Assembly: GCF_030144855.1 (NCBI RefSeq) | Contig: NC_082728.1 | Coordinates: 10,602,001-10,666,000 of the forward strand | Length of the DNA stretch: 64,000 bases | Direction of reading: 5' to 3' | Source of the DNA: Hypanus sabinus | Lineage: Eukaryota | Part shown: in pieces, positions 63,056 through 64,000 of the stretch | Layout: the number at the start of each line of letters is the position of its first letter | Numbering within the stretch: position 1 is the first letter of the stretch | Translations under genes and position numbers: made by a program | Notes under the pieces: model-generated | Databases searched by the model: none | The model's input: the letters and a program-made list of their open reading frames with translations, nothing else | Told to the model about the DNA's origin: nothing

Positions 63056-64000
63056 ACATCCTTTGAGGTTGTTAGAATTTCCATACTTTGGCCAGAGAAA
63101 ATCCTGAGCAACATACTGGAGGAACTCAGCAGATCAGACAGCATCAACAGAGGGGCTGATACTTGAGGAATGTAGCTCATTGACACAAGCTACATATTTC
63201 GATGTACGTGCAACATATAAAGCTAATCTTTAATCTTGTTTACTTTGCTCTTGCTCCTTATCCACAGTTTAATTTGAACCTCTCCATTCTGATGAAACAT
63301 ACTGACGAAACATCTGTTGCTCCCTTTATTGATGCTGCCTGACCTGCTGACTATTTCTAGTATTTCCATTTTTATTTTCAGTCCCTTCAGACTTAGACAG
63401 ATTAGGGGAATGGGCAAAGAAGTGGCAAATGAAATACACTGTTAGGAAGTGAATGATCATGCACTTTGGTAGAAAGAATAAAAGCACAGACTATTTTCTA
63501 AAAGGGGTGAAAATTCAAAAACCCAAAGGTTCATTATATTATCAGAATATGTATGGAGAACACAACTCTGAGATTTGTCTTCTCCATATAGCCATAGAAT
63601 ATAGAAGACTTTAAGCAGTTGGGAGACATCAACCCCCCGGCAAGAAAAGAAAAAGAAACAAAAACTTGCAAACCCCAAACATCCCCAACCCTTCCCTCAA
63701 ACAAAAGCTAACAGATTACCCAAGTCGCCAGCCCGCCAATCCGGAACATGAAAGAATGGGTTAGAACACAAGAAAACCATCGAACTGAAAGAGGCCAATA
63801 CGTACTACAGTCCAAATCAGAAATCTCAGAATTTCGATAACCTCCTCAAGAGCATCATGACCTGGTGACCTTCCAACAGCAGAGACTCGAGCTGGCAGCC
63901 CCAGCGAGAATTACTTGCTTTCCTCTGCATTTGCCTCAATGTTTCCATCTACCTTGATGCTTTAATTGGGGAGAAAGGTAGTGTGATCAACTACATCTCT

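Overview
Repeat-rich vertebrate genomic DNA. The repeat content (V-SINE/HE1-like SINEs, CR1, Rex1/Babar and Penelope-like elements) suggests a cartilaginous fish, probably a ray (inference). I built the gene models by hand from splice sites. (1) A complete 13-exon PCYT2 (ethanolamine-phosphate cytidylyltransferase, 1173 nt CDS, 390 aa) on the minus strand at 60815-21451, with one U12-type minor intron. (2) Downstream on the same strand, coding exons 1-2 (14517-14388, 9096-9005) of a G-protein alpha subunit matching the Gv class (gnav1), which tetrapods have lost. The ORF track misses it and the gene runs off the left edge. (3) A 24-nt first coding exon (MESARFKK, 61387-61410) divergent from PCYT2 across a CpG-rich bidirectional promoter, probably CENPX. 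The rest is intron or intergenic sequence filled with decayed mobile elements. These include Penelope-like repeats with minimal hammerhead-ribozyme motifs, a Tigger and Tc1 elements, hAT MITEs, and a ~28-unit purine-rich minisatellite that explains the three longest ORFs in the track. Most ORFs in the track are spurious or TE-derived. TE boundaries are approximate and family names come from motif recognition, not database searches.
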